The notes below the pieces were generated by a model. It worked only from the letters and a program-made list of their open reading frames with translations. It made no database searches and was not told where the DNA came from. From Felis catus (lineage: Eukaryota), in contig NC_058368.1 of NCBI RefSeq assembly GCF_018350175.1, forward strand, positions 202,804,001-202,868,000: a stretch of DNA of 64,000 bases, read 5' to 3'. The translations under genes were made by a program, and so were the position numbers. Positions 37,621-52,000 of this stretch are shown piece by piece. Numbering within the stretch: position 1 is the first letter of the stretch; every line of letters starts with the position of its first letter.

Positions 37621-38675
37621 TCCTCTGCTGTTTTTTCCCCTGCTGACTAATGGTGCTCCAGATGAATTGTCCTTTCCTCTCTACAAATCCTCAATCTCCT
37701 CAATTCTTTATTTTCTTAGAAGGAACTATGATATATAGCTCCCATGACACTTTTCTTAAATAACATGTATATAAGGAGCTGATTATTTAATTAAAGAAGG
37801 CAGGGAAGTAACTTAGAGCATTCTTATCTTGTTTAAATATAATCCATGTGGATTTCAAACTAAAAACCCCACAAGATCAAATAGGATAACAAAAAACTAA
37901 GATGGAATGATGGATGGATATAAGAATGAACAGGTAGACATATATGTGATAACATAAATATAACAAACTATTCATTAAAGAATCTAGGTGGTAGGTATAT
38001 CCTTTTATGAAACAATAATTTTATTTTAAAATTAAATGTTAGGAAATATTGTGTTGGATTAGAAAAATCCTGAGTTCATGTAGCAGAATTCATCATTGCA
38101 TGACATATTACTGTGGTCAATAAATATTTTTTGTATAAACAAATGGAATGAGTTTGACAAATAAAATAAAGACTCAGGAAGGGTAAGGGGACTGCTAAAT
38201 TACATAGCTAGTCAGTGGCAGAGTCACAGCTTAATTCAGGTTTCCTGACTCCCAAATAGGTGACCTTTTTTTCTTTTTTATTAGTCTATGTTTACATTGG
38301 GATAATTAATATGAAGGAAGTCCAGTTTGAGATACACATGTGCAAGTATTTAGAATACGATATGTTATCTGGCATAAATAAGCAAATTTTCCTTTCTTAT
38401 CAAGAAAGACTATGGAAATTCTAATGGATTTTGAAATTTGATCTCATCTTCAAGCCAGTGATCATTTCTAACACATCTACACTCTAAACCTTACCTTTAC
38501 TATTTATTCATCAGCATTTCTCTTTGCTGTGTATGCATGTGTGTTTGCGGGTATGTGTGTAGGTGGGGTGAAGGGACGGTGATGGGTGGTGAGAAAGGAG
38601 GGCACAGTGGTCCTCCCCCAAGTACAACTCAGGAGGGTAGAGTTAGCTCTCCTCCTGTTTCCTTTCCTACATCAG

Positions 38676-39000
38676 CAAGTCACATTTTGATATTCAAAAA
38701 GTTTGGGGCTAGATATGTTTCAGAATTCAGAACATTTTGTATTTAAAAAAATGTGTATTATGTGTGTGTGCATTAAATATGTTATACCTCCAAAATGGTG
38801 TGGGTAATACCCCATAGTCGAATACATTAATATACCTAAAGTGAGATATATGGACATTTACAACAAATTGGATAAATACAGACTATGAACATCCTCACAT
38901 CAATTAAAGTCCGGTCAAATTTTTCTCTTAAATATGGAACCAAGAAAATTTCAATTTTTTGAATTTCATAATTACAGATGAGAGATTGTAGAATAAATGT
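38676..39000 (-). mobile_element. MER46C-like TcMar-Tigger MITE
   Basis: ttggggctagatatgtttcagaattcagaa..acattaatat..ggataaata..cctcacatca..ggtcaaattt matches the reverse of recalled MER46C. Confidence 0.7.
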
Positions 39001-41279
39001 GTACTCTAGACTTAAAGCCCTAGTGCTCAGGGAAATGAGAACTTCACAGACATGCTGTGCTCTCTTCAGGTCTAATGAATTCTCCATTTGTACTGAGGAA
39101 ATGAAAGGAGATCAACATAGATTATGGAAGAATTTGGATTAATAGAATGTAGTTTGTTTTGTTCTAAATTGCTCCCAATAGTCTAGCAATTCTGTAGTGT
39201 TAAGCAGTGTGTTGGGCCCATAGTACATGCAAAAAACATTTGGTGGAAAAAATGGCATGAATGATTCACCAAAGAAACCCTCATTCTTCAACTGGGTGGC
39301 CACTCTTTATAATTTTAGGATCAGCTGAGATGTTATCTCCTCTAGACATACTTCCATCACTCCTCGGATGGGGTTAAGTATCTGCCATATGTGTTTCCAT
39401 AACAATCCATTTTGGCTTTCAACATACTACACTTTCCTGCTGTGTTTATCTATTTCCTTATCTGTCTTCTACACTTTGAGGACAGACACTGAAACTTTTA
39501 ACCTGTTTTTGTTCTTGCTGTTCAGTAAGTTCTTTATTATTGAGTGATTCCATAAGTTTTAATTGAATGAGTGAGCAAATAGCTGTTCATTAAATAGGCA
39601 TACTGAGTGATGTAATGGTATTTTCTACTGGCTCCAGTGCAAAAATCTGACATGTTTAATGAGATTAAATTAAATTTTAGTCTATAATAGTCTTTTCCAG
39701 GTAATAGGGAAAAGAGGAACAGAACACATTTATTTAGTGGATAGGAATATTTATGGAAGTAAAGATATCATGGGACTGGTCTCAGTTTCAGATTTTTAAG
39801 AGACGGAATTCATATCAGAACACAATGAGCCTTGACAGATCTTTGCTCTTATGCTCTGCTTCTGTGGGCATTCAGTGACTCTTGTCTCTGTCTATTGTTT
39901 ATATTTCTCTAGCTACCTCTAAATAACTTGTTTCATTTTTCTCTCAGTGTCATATTTCTACTCATTCATGTCTTCCAAAGCTTCATGATATTTTTGTATC
40001 TCTTTAGGGAACTTTATATTTTTTTCCTTTGGTCTCACTGTTTTCAACTGAAAAAAGAAATTAAAAGATAAATGTCTTATCTTGCCTGTAACAACCGATC
40101 AGTACTGAGAACTTCCACTTAGCAAAGTTATGAAAAGTCAAAGACATTATGTTTGGAGAAGGGAATAGTATCTGCCCACATGAGTCATGGCTAGAGTAGT
40201 AGAGACAGGAGGTAAAAAAACAAGCCTAAAAAGCTACTTCCAGCAGCTTTGATCAGATCTTCTGAGCATAATTGCCTCTTAGAGTTAGACTCACATGATG
40301 TCATCCATTCTTTCTGCCTCCATTGCACTAACACATTCCATTATTATCTGAACTACTTGATGCCCAAACTACTGATTAATACTCCTCAGTTGGCATCCCA
40401 TTAGTATACATCAGACAGTTCAAAGTTCAATACATGGTCAATAATTCTTTGGGTAACTCTTTAAAAACACCATAATCCACTTTAAGAGCTCTAATCAGGG
40501 CAAAACAACACCTAAAAGTATCAATAATAACACTAGTCATAATGATCAAATTTCAAATGGTTATCAAAATAATAAAACCTCTGGAAGCTGGGTAAACAAA
40601 CTGACTTGTCCCTTACCTCCTTTATGGCTTAAGCATATCAAATACATGGCAAAAATAAAGAAACAAAAACCATTGTTTCATATATAATCACAAATCAGTA
40701 AACAGAAACAGGGATACCCTGTCTAGAGCTACCTCCTCAATTTATGAAGCCATGAGTCCTTTTACAAAAAGGTACTAATGCCCTTTAAAAAACAACACTG
40801 TTTTTGACTTCTGCAATATGATTTCTAAAAATATGTGATAAACGTGCAGATATAATCACATACAGAGATGGGTATATTTCTTTGCTTTCTTTCCAATTAT
40901 GAACAGACTAACTGCACCCTTGTAAACTTTGTTGTTGTTTTTTTTAATACTTGTTTTATACGTTTTTTTAATGTGGGAGGAAGGGTGATGATGATTATCT
41001 CTTTTGAAAGCTGGATTTTCAAAAAATTTTTAATTAATTAATTATTTTTTCCTCCAGGCTTAAGTCTAAAGACAGAGTGCCAAGAGCTGGGAAGCCAGGG
41101 AAGGGTTTATAAGGTTTGTGAAACATTTGAGGAATTGGTGGGGATGGAATTAGCATATAGGAGTAGGAATAAACCATCTATGGAGAGAATAGCATTAACC
41201 AAATCATGGAAAGTGACATGCTCAAATGTGTCAGATGTTCAGTTCAGATGGACTATAGGTTTCATGTGGTACAAGATAG

Positions 41280-41421
41280 ACAAGAATGTAGGAAAGATAA
41301 TATAATCTTAATATTATACAATACATATATATTACATATTAATATAATATAATATAATATAATATAATATAATACAATACAATACAATATAATACAAGAA
41401 TGTAGGAAAGATAATATAATC
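41280..41421. repeat. 28-bp perfect direct repeat enclosing (AATAT/AATAC)n filler
   Basis: acaagaatgtaggaaagataatataatc at 41280-41307 and 41394-41421. Confidence 0.95.
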
Positions 41422-44400
41422 ACCTTAGATATGTCCCCACTGGTGCTTTTTTTTTAACCAAATAAAGCATTAATAATGCACTATTACTAATATTCAGCTG
41501 TATACACTTACGTTATATAAATAATCTTAGTTGTCTTTTGTGATGAATATTTTCCATGTTGAAAGCTTCCTTAGAGAAGAGTCTGAGACATCCAAGAAGC
41601 TATATTATACAATATGCAATCTCTACATCTTTTTCCCTTGCTGTCTTTCTTCATGAAATAAGAGAAGGCATACTTATTTCTACTGCCTTTTTTCTCAGCA
41701 AACATGCAAACTAAAATGGAAATATGAGGCTTAAAGATTATTTTCCTTCACAATCTTTCAGTGTGACTTGTTGCTTCTACAATGTAACTTTTATTCTACA
41801 GCTCACTCTGAGATGAATATCCTGTATGAGTTTCAAAGAGAAAATATAAGTAAACAAATTTCTCTGTTACATATAGTGATTAAACATAAAAATTCAGCTC
41901 TCACAGCCATACTAGATAATCAAGTATTTCAGTAATCATGTAGAGAATTATTTACCCACCTCCCACCTCTCCTGGGGGAATGGGTTTCCCTGGCATTTAT
42001 TCCCCATAGAGTTAAATTAAACTTGGTTGTGTTTCCTGATGTGGGTAAGTATCCATCTGTGGTCCTGATTACTACCATCATTATGTGTTATTAACCAATG
42101 TGAAAATTATCAAGTTACGTAATGATAGCAGTCAGTACCATTTGCCTTCACATCCTTGCTTAAAATTGTTTTCTACAAATGAAAAGAGTTTAAAATTGTA
42201 ATTTGTCCTTTAAGCAAAGTGGATATCATTTTTTTGGTGTGTGTTTAAAATATTACCTATATACTATTATTATTATTATAGGTAACATATTACCTATAAC
42301 ATTATTATTCTTAAATTATTTTTATTATTTTCCAAAGCCTTCATCAAGTGTGAATAATAATCATTGATTTACTATGGGATTAAATACAATTGTCTAGGAT
42401 GATCATGGCTCTCAAAACCAGCCTTGGCTAGTCTTGGGGGTAATTAAAAGAGTGATCTTTTCAGAATTTCAATTTCAGGCTTTCTCACTGAGTAAATTAT
42501 AAAGATGCACCCCAGGGAACTTTAAGGAAGTAATGAGGCTTTCATTTCCATATGTCAGATTAGTTTTTTCCTAGTGTACTTATTATCTGAAAAGGCCATG
42601 AGCTAATTTCTTGGCTCATTCAAAACAGAGAAGACCCTGCACAACATTTTTCAGTGAAATGCACACGGAGAAAGTCAGTGCTGATAGGAATTTGCTGCCA
42701 GAGCGCTCTTCACGATTGCCATGATTCTATAGGACCATCTGAGTGCATTTGCACAAATGGAAAACAGGCATGTGCGGAAGAGAATCCAGTTTCAAAAGTG
42801 ATACAACATTGTCTATCCACACTATACCTAATTCTTACCAGTGTCAAGGCCACTTGATACATCAAAGATTTGGAAAACACACTTTGAGTTAACTTGCTTT
42901 ATAGTGTCTTAGCCAAACTGTTTATTTAAATTGAGGTCCACTGGATCTCTCCAGCTGGATATCTTGCTATTTTAGAACAGAATTCTAAAATTAGAAGATC
43001 TTATTTTGATATACTTTGTAATTGGCCTGCACATGTTATGGATCCAGATGGTACAGCTGATCCCCAATAGGGGCATCTTATAGATCTGAATGTTCTCAAA
43101 GGCCTGCTACATCACACTCACCATTTCATCTTTCTTTCTGTCAGTACATGATACCAATCACATATTCTTGGCACCTCTTGGGATGCGAGTCACTCTAATA
43201 TTTTTGGTGTTTTGGAAACTAACTCATTTCTCCATTCTAGTTCCAGGTACAGCTGCTACTTTATATGGATTGGAACTTTGTATCTTAAGGAAGCAAGTTT
43301 TGCTGGTAGACCTTCCAATTATAACAAGGAGTCCTGCCATTTTGTATAAAGAGTAAACTCTGATTAATAGATCTCTTGGTGACACCAGGTCACAGAATAT
43401 GTCTGCAAAATCCTCAAGCTAGTACGAGTTGATCCAACATTTAATCTTTGTAAAATAGACTTTTGGGCACACTGTATGTGCTTAGTGGTAAATTCTTTTA
43501 CCACCACATCAACCATAAAAGAATATTATATAGAAAGATGATGAAACTAAATGTGTATAGATCTATTTCAGTTCAGTGTGTACGATGAGCATGATAATAA
43601 TAAAATTCAGATAACTAATACAGAGAATAAATTCTATTTGATGGGAGAGAGAGAATAAATATAGAACTTTCACATAAAGCCGTTCTCCATTTTTATTCCC
43701 AAATTATTCTGGTTTTGAGAAAATTCAGAATGAAAGCATTTAAAAAAAACAAAAACAAAACTTTCTACTCCTGAATGTATGCAGTACCCAAAAAACTCCA
43801 TCATTCGAATTTATAAGTGGATTAAGTGGGCAATAAACAAATCTTCCATAGTTTGGAAGACTTCAGATAATGTATTTATTCTATTACATAAATCATGAAA
43901 ATCATAAATCTGACAAAACAAAGCATCACTTGATTTGAAAAACCAAGATAAATATCACCTTCAGAAATACTGACAAAATATAATTGATTTTCTCTTTAGA
44001 ATAATTTGTGACTATGCATTCTCTTAATATTGAGAAAATCTTTACCTTTGCTTAAAGCTAAATTCAGAAAATAATTTACAAAATATTTCATTACATTTCT
44101 TGGTATCTTTTCCTAATTGTAAACATTTTACTTCACTGTAGTTAAGTGCCAGACCTTTTCCAAAGAAGCCAATGACAAAAGCTGTAAAAGATGCAGTGAT
44201 TTAAATTGTAGTTTATTACCAAAAAAGCAGATATACAGGAAACTAAGTAGTAAGAAAAGGGACTAATAAACACAATATAGGAAATGGAAAAGAAAAAAAA
44301 TCTCTTGGTCACTAACACACATATATAATCTTATTTTCAGGGTTTTCATACAGTTATATCTCAAATTGTATGGTAATAGAATGACCTTTTTGCTTAATGC

Positions 44401-44945
44401 ATTATTCATGTTACTCCTTATTAACAGAGACAAGAACAAAATATGATTCTAGGTGTTACAATGAACACAGTGAACTCACTTAATTCTCTTGGCACTATCA
44501 GAAGATATGACCTCTATTTGTCAGATGAAGAAACTCAAGAGTATTTTGGAAACAGATGAGGCTAAGGAAACAAATTCATGCCATGTTCATCTGGAGTTAA
44601 AATACAATGTAAAGTTCTTAGACTGGAAGATAGTTGTCTACAAAAAAGGAGAAGACATGGCCTCCAACTTGACTGAGTTCATAAAGAGGTTTACAAATCA
44701 CTCTCTTTTAGATATGATGTTGGAAGACTTGGGGAATTGAAACCCCAAAATTGACCTGACATTTATCACTTTGGGAATGGGCTAATGATTTCATACTCTT
44801 ATCATTTCCTGAAATTTTAGAATAAAAATTTGAGATATTAATGATTGTAAAAATTATTTACACTATCTTTCTTGATTTATCTGGTTTATTTTAAAAAGAT
44901 GTAATTAATACCTCTTATTAGATACAGAAAGCAGCCTCTCTAAAC

Positions 44946-45255
44946 CAGTGCTGTCTGACTGAAATTTAAAATGAGTTACATATGTAATTTAGAAATGTTC
45001 AGTTACTGTATTAATATAAAGAGGGAACAGATGAAATTAATTTTATAAAAATATTTTATTTAACTAATATAGCCAAAATATAATCACTTCAATACAAAAA
45101 TGTTGACATATTTTATATTCTTTTGGGGGGAGATAGGAGGAAATGAAACCTTCAGAATCAGGTGCACATTTTACATTTATAGCACAACTCAGTTCAGACT
45201 AGTCACATAGCCACATATGGCATATAGCTAGTGACTATTACATTGGAAAGCACAG
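44946..45255. mobile_element. MER33 hAT-Charlie MITE
   Basis: cagtgctgtc ... ttggaaagcacag ends and gaaattaatttt..atattttatttaac core. 8-bp TSD ctctaaac/ctctaatc. Confidence 0.85.
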
Positions 45256-45374
45256 CTCTAATCTATATTTAAGAGATTAAATCATGGATAGATTAATAAA
45301 TTTGCCTGAAGTCCCAGGATGAGAACTTTACAATGAGACTCATATACTTCACTCTTATAATGTTGGGCTTATGA

Positions 45375-45595
45375 GTAATACTTGTTGAGTCCTTCTGGAC
45401 ATTTATCATGTGCCAAGCACAGTTCCAAACCCTTTACATTTATTAGCTCATTTAATTGTCATGAGAATGAAGAAGGTGCTGTTTTTTCTCTTATACTGAT
45501 GAGGGGCACAAAACATGAAAACTTTAAGTCTTGACCAAAGTCATCAGCTTCTAAATTGTATAAAAGGATTTGAATCCAAAGAATTGGACTCCAGT
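45375..45595 (-). mobile_element. MIR SINE
   Basis: atgtgccaagcac..ctcatttaat..ccaaagtca..ggatttgaatcca..gactcca. Confidence 0.7.
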
Positions 45596-46934
45596 TTATA
45601 TTCTAGATCGTGACAGTTTTCTGGCAGAGGTAAACAGATGGCTTTCTATTTTATAGTTGAAAGCAAAGTACAGAACAATACCGTCAGTCAAAGGAAGTAT
45701 TTGCCTAATGTTTTCATCAATAATAATGTTTGTTGTACTCAACTGAACTCTTGAAATAATGTTGTTCTAGGGAGCTGAAAACATTCTTTTTGCAGATCCA
45801 CTGCATATCGAGCAAAATATGTTGTTATGGGCTGAGTGTCTAGCACCCCTTCCAGAGGAGCTGTAGGATATTTCACTTTCTCTTTCTGATTTTTCAGTTT
45901 GGTGGGTTTCTTTTAACCTATTGCTTTTGGTTTTTGTTTGTTTGTTTTGTTTCATTTTGATTTGTTTTTGTTTATTTGCTTGCTTTGATATTGTAGGAGA
46001 ACAGTGGATTTGTGTTTCTCAGTAGTTCAGGATATTTATTAAGCATCATAGTAACAAAATTTTTCTATATGTTTACCTGCATTGCCTTGTCCCCGTTACT
46101 GGGTGTTTTTGTTATACAAAAAAAAAAACCAATTGATTAATGTATAACAAAATTAGCTTTGTCAAACCATTTGCATGCATTAAAAATATTTGATATCTTA
46201 GACATAACCTTAATAATTTATAAACACCTAATCAATTTCTGTGTAAAAATACTGATCTGACTTATTAACAAAATTAAAGTTGATATGTTGTGAGTCAACT
46301 ATCCATGTTGGAAACTTCCAAGATCAAAGTATTGGTGACAAAGATCAGATGTGTTTGCTTGTGTATTTCATTCACTTAAATCAGTTAGGAATTAATGTTG
46401 ATTCTTTCTACTCTTCTCTCCATGAGAAAAGGCAAGATACATCCGTGTTTGAAAGCCACATCCTTACAAAGTTCATTACACTTAGCCTGCCAATTTTCCC
46501 TTTCTAATTTAGATGAAAGGCTACACAGATTGAACAGTCATGATTATCTAGGTTTTGCTAGTCTTTTGGAGCTTCAGAAGTTGGAACAGATCCCTGACCT
46601 GCTCACTGCTGACCACTAGACAAGACACTTCCCCTACCTTTGGAATAATGATTCTAAGGACATTCTGCTCTTCATCGTACAACTTACCAACCCTAAGACA
46701 TCTGATCTGAGGGAACTGAAGACATTTGCTGAAGGGACAACAGCTGTTGTAGACATGTTCACTGTTACTAAATGACACTACCTGATTATATTAAATCATG
46801 GCACTTTTAATATAATTCTTTTATTTTAGGAGAGTCTAGAACTGTCTTAACCACATTGTTTCAAATATGGTTCAAGTGACCACAATTAACTAAAGGCATT
46901 TTCCCTCCAATTTTAATTTGAAAATAAAATGAAA

Positions 46935-47129
46935 GGGGCACCTGGGTGGCTCAGTTGGTTAAGCATCCCACTGCAGCTCAAGTCATGATCTCACAGTTTG
47001 CGAGTTTGAGCCGTGCATCAGGCTATGGGCTGTCAGCTCACATCCAGCTTCAGATCCTCTGTCCCCCTCTCTGTACTTCCCCCACTCATGCTCTCTCTCT
47101 CTCTCAAAAACAAATTAACATTTAAAAAA
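46935..47129 (+). mobile_element. Can-SINE (SINEC)
   Basis: GGGGCACCTGGGTGGCTCAGTTGGTTAAG head, CT tract and A tail. Confidence 0.94.
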
Positions 47130-48812
47130 TGATAATAATTTTTTGCTTCAAATTTCCCACTCAAGTTTTCCCGTTAAAAGTCAGGCAAGTATTGATTTTT
47201 TATAAAATGGTCTTGCAGATGGAAGTCATTTCCCTGATTATTTCAGAGCATATCAGCTTTGGATGCACAAACACAACCCTAGAGTCAGCAACTCATAATA
47301 TGCATTCTGGGGATGTTCTTCTGTAGGGAACATCATGACTGCACTACCATGTGTGAATTTCATCTCCCTGTTATAGCTTCAGCAATTTTTGTTCCTTTAA
47401 GGATATATTTTATAGGAACAAAGATGGCCTATATTTGGTTAAGAAAAATAAAATCGCTGTGTGCTCATTACAAATGCTGAATGATGGATCAAATGATCAT
47501 TAACCGAAAATATTACCATTACTTTCAGCCTCAACGCATTTTATATTTAACCCCTTCTTTTCCTATCAGTGTAGGACTCCTATTCTTTGCCTGAATAACT
47601 TGAATCCTCCTAAAAGGAAAAATAAATTCAAGTAAAACTGTATTGAAATGTCAATTTACATAGAAAAACAGTATAAAATAGGCTCTAGGGTAGTTTTGCT
47701 TATCTTAGAAGTATATTTTCTAATAGGTCTCTACTGGCTTAGATGTTAGAGATCTTATTTGATAACTTCAAATCTTCAGTACTGCCAGGAAGACTATATT
47801 TGAAAGATAACTGAAATTCTTAAGTATTTAATGTGGCAGTTTTTTTAATGTTACTGTAATAGTTAATTAGATAAAATACAGAAGATTTTTATTGTTATTA
47901 TTGCCTTAATAAAATAAGACAACTAAAGCCCAGCTTCAATCATATCATTTCCCAGCTTGAAAACAATCATTCCCCATTTACCTACAGAATAAAATGTGAA
48001 TCCTCTCAGCTGTATGTAAGGTCCCCAAGATGTGACCTGACCTGTGCCACCTATCTTATCTCTCTGTTACATTCCCTACACCCTAGTTGATCTTATTCTT
48101 AAAAATATTCAAGAATAAGATTAAAGAGTCTCCCTTTGATAACCTATGTCCATGTTAAGTATTCTTATCTTACTCTCATTTCTTTCTGCTATATAACCAG
48201 ATAGCTAAAATGTTCTAAGTAAATATTCTGCTTTCTTTCAAGACAAGGTAATCTGTCTTGCAGAGAATGGACTGCACCAATATAATTAATATGCTCAACT
48301 TCCAAATAAAGAAACGTATTATTACTATTCCATGGAGAAACCCCACACACATAGACAACACCAATACCTTCATAATGGGCTTTATTTTGAAAATATTTTT
48401 ATTTTTGAAGTAACATTACGCACTTTCCCTCTTCACCCCAGCCCCCAACGGCCTTACACTTGTCAAGATACATTTACATCCTTTCTTGTGTCGTATGAAG
48501 CCCACCCTGCATGAGATGTTAGGCTGATTCAGAAGTTTTAGTGATTGAATTTTTAGAATGATAGGTTAAGTACTTTAAAAGGAATATTCTTAAAGTGTAT
48601 GCCATAAGAACAACTAAAAACAGCAAGACTAATTCTTTCCTGTATAGAAATGCCTTCCCCTAACCTCTTAAGGCTTATTTAGTTATGTTGTATCAATCTT
48701 GTTTTGGAATACATGTTCTCACCTCATAATTATTGATTGCCACATAATTCACTGACCAGAATAATATGTGCCCTTTCTCTATTAGCAAGAAGTTATGTTA
48801 ACATGCAACCTT

Positions 48813-49031
48813 GGGGCGCCTGGGTGGCTCAGTCGGTTGAGCGGCCGACTTCGGCCCAGGTCGTGATCTCGCGGTCCGTGAGTTCGAGCCCCGCGTTGGG
48901 CTCTGTGCTGACAGCTCAGAGCCTGGAGCCTGTCTCGGATTCTGTGTCTCCCTCTCTCTGACCCTCCCCCGTTCATGCTTTGTCTCTCTCTGTCTGAAAA
49001 ATAAATAAACGTTAAAAAAAATTTAAAAAAA
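48813..49031 (+). mobile_element. Fairly young felid Can-SINE
   Basis: Intact A and B boxes with most CpGs retained. TSD atgcaacctt at 48803-48812 and 49032-49041. Confidence 0.97.
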
Positions 49032-52000
49032 ATGCAACCTTACGGTTAGCATCATAAACTCCTTTCAAACCGGAATGATCTTGTTTACTGTTGATTTGAA
49101 ACTGTATTTCAAATGGTCTTTAAGATGGTGCAATAACCTATTTTTGTATAAGGTTTGGAATGTCAAGCCCCTACACCTGACATTTTTAAATCTATAAAGA
49201 TAGCAATGGTGCTCAAGTGACCTTCTAACTCCTTTTGGGATCCCTCAACTTCATAGTAGGGGAAGCTTGTTTGGATGCAAAGTTACCTGGTAGATAAAAG
49301 CAAAACTGAAGCACAAGTGACCTTGTGTCTCTAAAAATAACATGATTTATCTCCAGCACTGCCTTTCCTATTAAGCACTCCTGAACACCACCACCACCAC
49401 AGGCACAAATAATCTTTCTCATCTCTCAGTTCCCATAGAATCTTATTGATGTCATAGTATTATTGATTACTATAAATATTTATCTTATACTAGCCAGAAT
49501 TTCTGGAGGTCAAAGACTGTCTTACTCATTTCTGATTCCCCGGAACTAGCTTCATAAATAGTAGATGCTCACTAATGATATATGCTAATGAATGACTATA
49601 ACTTTTCTACCCTCTCTGATTTTCTTTTGCTTTGAACAAATGTAGCACTTTCACTCAGTATTTTGATGATTAATCAAGTGTTGCCTTTAGTTGTTTGTTT
49701 TTGGATCCCACTTAATTTTTCAGTCACTGGAAAAACAGCAGATACAAAATTGCTGAATAGGTAATACTACAATTTCTTATTAATTAATTTATCAGTTCAG
49801 ATGGTTATTGAACAACCACTATGCGAAGACAGTTTTGGTCCTCAGGTAAGGATTATTTCTTTAAAAGATCAATTCAAGCCTCATTCCAAATGCACTGAAT
49901 CAGAAGTTCCAGAGAAAGAGCTGAGAAACCCATGTTTTGAAGTCTTATAAGGTGATCCTGATGATCAGCTAAGTTTGAAGACTCTTGAACTGGAGTTTAC
50001 CAACAACAACAACAAAAAAGCATGAGCCTGAAGATAAATAAGACACAGTGTGTCGCTTCAGTCTCCTGCCATTCTTCACTGCATGACTAGTGAGTAAATC
50101 TGGATGCATAAAGAACCCACCACCAAAACTCAAAAACAGAACAAATACAAAAAATCAGAACCATCTTAATTATATCTTATAACATAAGATCAACTACTTA
50201 TGACAATACCTGGAATATGCACACGTATGAAGGTTTTAGCCTATGGGGTGATTTTCTGAGACTGAGATATTGGGATCAAGGAACTCTCATGACAGAAGTA
50301 CGACTTCTGGTACTTCAGAACAGTGGAGCAGCAGGTTGGAGTATACATACGTGGTCTAATATTTCGTAGGGTCATAGAAAAATCAAATACATTTTTAGAC
50401 TCCCATTCTTGGACTGACAGAAAATGTGCCTTTTGAAATACTAGGAAGTGTGTTTGGCTGATCGCACAAGGTAACCCCGTAAGCCCAGTGAACGACTAAA
50501 AGTGTAAGCTAGGAGAAACCTGCTCTAACCAGGCAAAACAGTTTAGTTGGACATCATCAATCTTTTATCAGTTGTAATATATGATTTCACATCCATGCAG
50601 GCAAGTTGGGACAGAAAAAAAAATCCTAGAGAAAATCAAACCAGTGTAAAATTATGCACACAGAACTGATGAAAGCCTACAGTGAAATATAAGCAATTCT
50701 TAAAGAGTAAAAGAAAGATGGGAATTTTTTAAAATGGTTACATCTTCTCATCTTCAAATGAAAACATGCATTATCTATGGGGTTGTTTCCTGATATTTTT
50801 TAGCTGAAGACAAAGCCCTTTAATATCATAGTAATTATTAATGGGCTATTGTCTGAAAATAGTGTTTTTATGGAATATTTATCTTCAGGTATTCATTAAA
50901 GTGCTGCTGAGTGTATAAGAGTATTCTAAGCAGATAATTTAATTGATTTGCAAATGGATGGTGTGAAGAAAGTCTGGTCAGAGGCCTAAGCGGATAGTTT
51001 GATAAGACTTTAACATGCCTGTTCAGGTTGCCAAAGATATAATTATAGTGTTGAGATTCTAAACTCAGTAATATGTTTTTACCTTCAATGGACGAAAGGA
51101 AAATTTGAAATCAGTGACTCTTCATTTCACTGCTCTTCACCCTACAGATTAGAGCACTTCAAAACCAATAGGTATGCTACATAAGTAAAACAATGGGAGA
51201 CATTTCACAACACAGAGACTCCAGGCTCTGATTGACTTCCCACCATCATGCATTTTTTTTTCCTTTCTACTCTTGTGCTGTTTTGATGATCGAGAGCCTG
51301 AAAAGAAGCCCGCTGCATTCTGTTTTCCTCTGATTGTGCACTGTGGCTTTCTGCTATAAGCTTCTTAATGCATAAAGGCCAGCCTGAGATAGAAAAATAG
51401 GAAACATGTCTTTTACTCTCCCCAGTCCAGTGGATTTTTGATATTGTTACATTAACCAATCAAACATATAAATGTTAATTATTTACACCACGTCAGTACT
51501 ATGGACTGACATGGTCAACCTCCTCTTGATAAACTGTAATTTAATCGTAGTAATGATGCATTTAACCATGAACTGAGTAGGTGGCTACACAAGACAGTAC
51601 AGTTTTAGGTGTTGAGCTATATTTTACTAACTCTCAATTCACATCAGGATTTAAGGTAAGTAGAAAAAACTCAAGGTAAGTGAGTTTGGCGGTTGGTAAA
51701 AGATAAGAACTTGCAGAAACAGATAATAGAATATGCCTCAAGTTAATTATTGCATTTTCTTCATTTTATTCTTAACTTACCCACAGTTAAGGCTTTCAGA
51801 TAAGCTCCAGTTCCAGGAGCTTTCACAGTGTGGGGAGAGCACGTGAGAAATTGGAAGAAGCATGTGAGGATTAACACAGCCACTTTGTTCATCTGTTCTC
51901 CTTTTTCCTGCTGTCATCTCAGCATCTGAGTTCTTTAAGAGATACAACTGGACTCAGACATCAGGAGTTCCTGGGAGAATTCCAGGAGAATGGTTGCCTC

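Noticed and set aside
41058..41113. Small exon-like segment after ttttttcctccag
   Set aside because: The donor is weak (gtttgt), only one frame is open, and the peptide is not recognisable.
44489..44740. Protein-looking 83-aa ORF
   Set aside because: It has a non-ATG start, begins in a MIR-like core (tttgtcagatgaagaaact), and has no recognisable domain or convincing splice sites.
46395..46774. Long frame with a single internal stop and an acceptor-like site near 46512
   Set aside because: No similarity to a protein I recognise and no good donor. It cannot be called an exon or pseudogene without a BLASTX hit.
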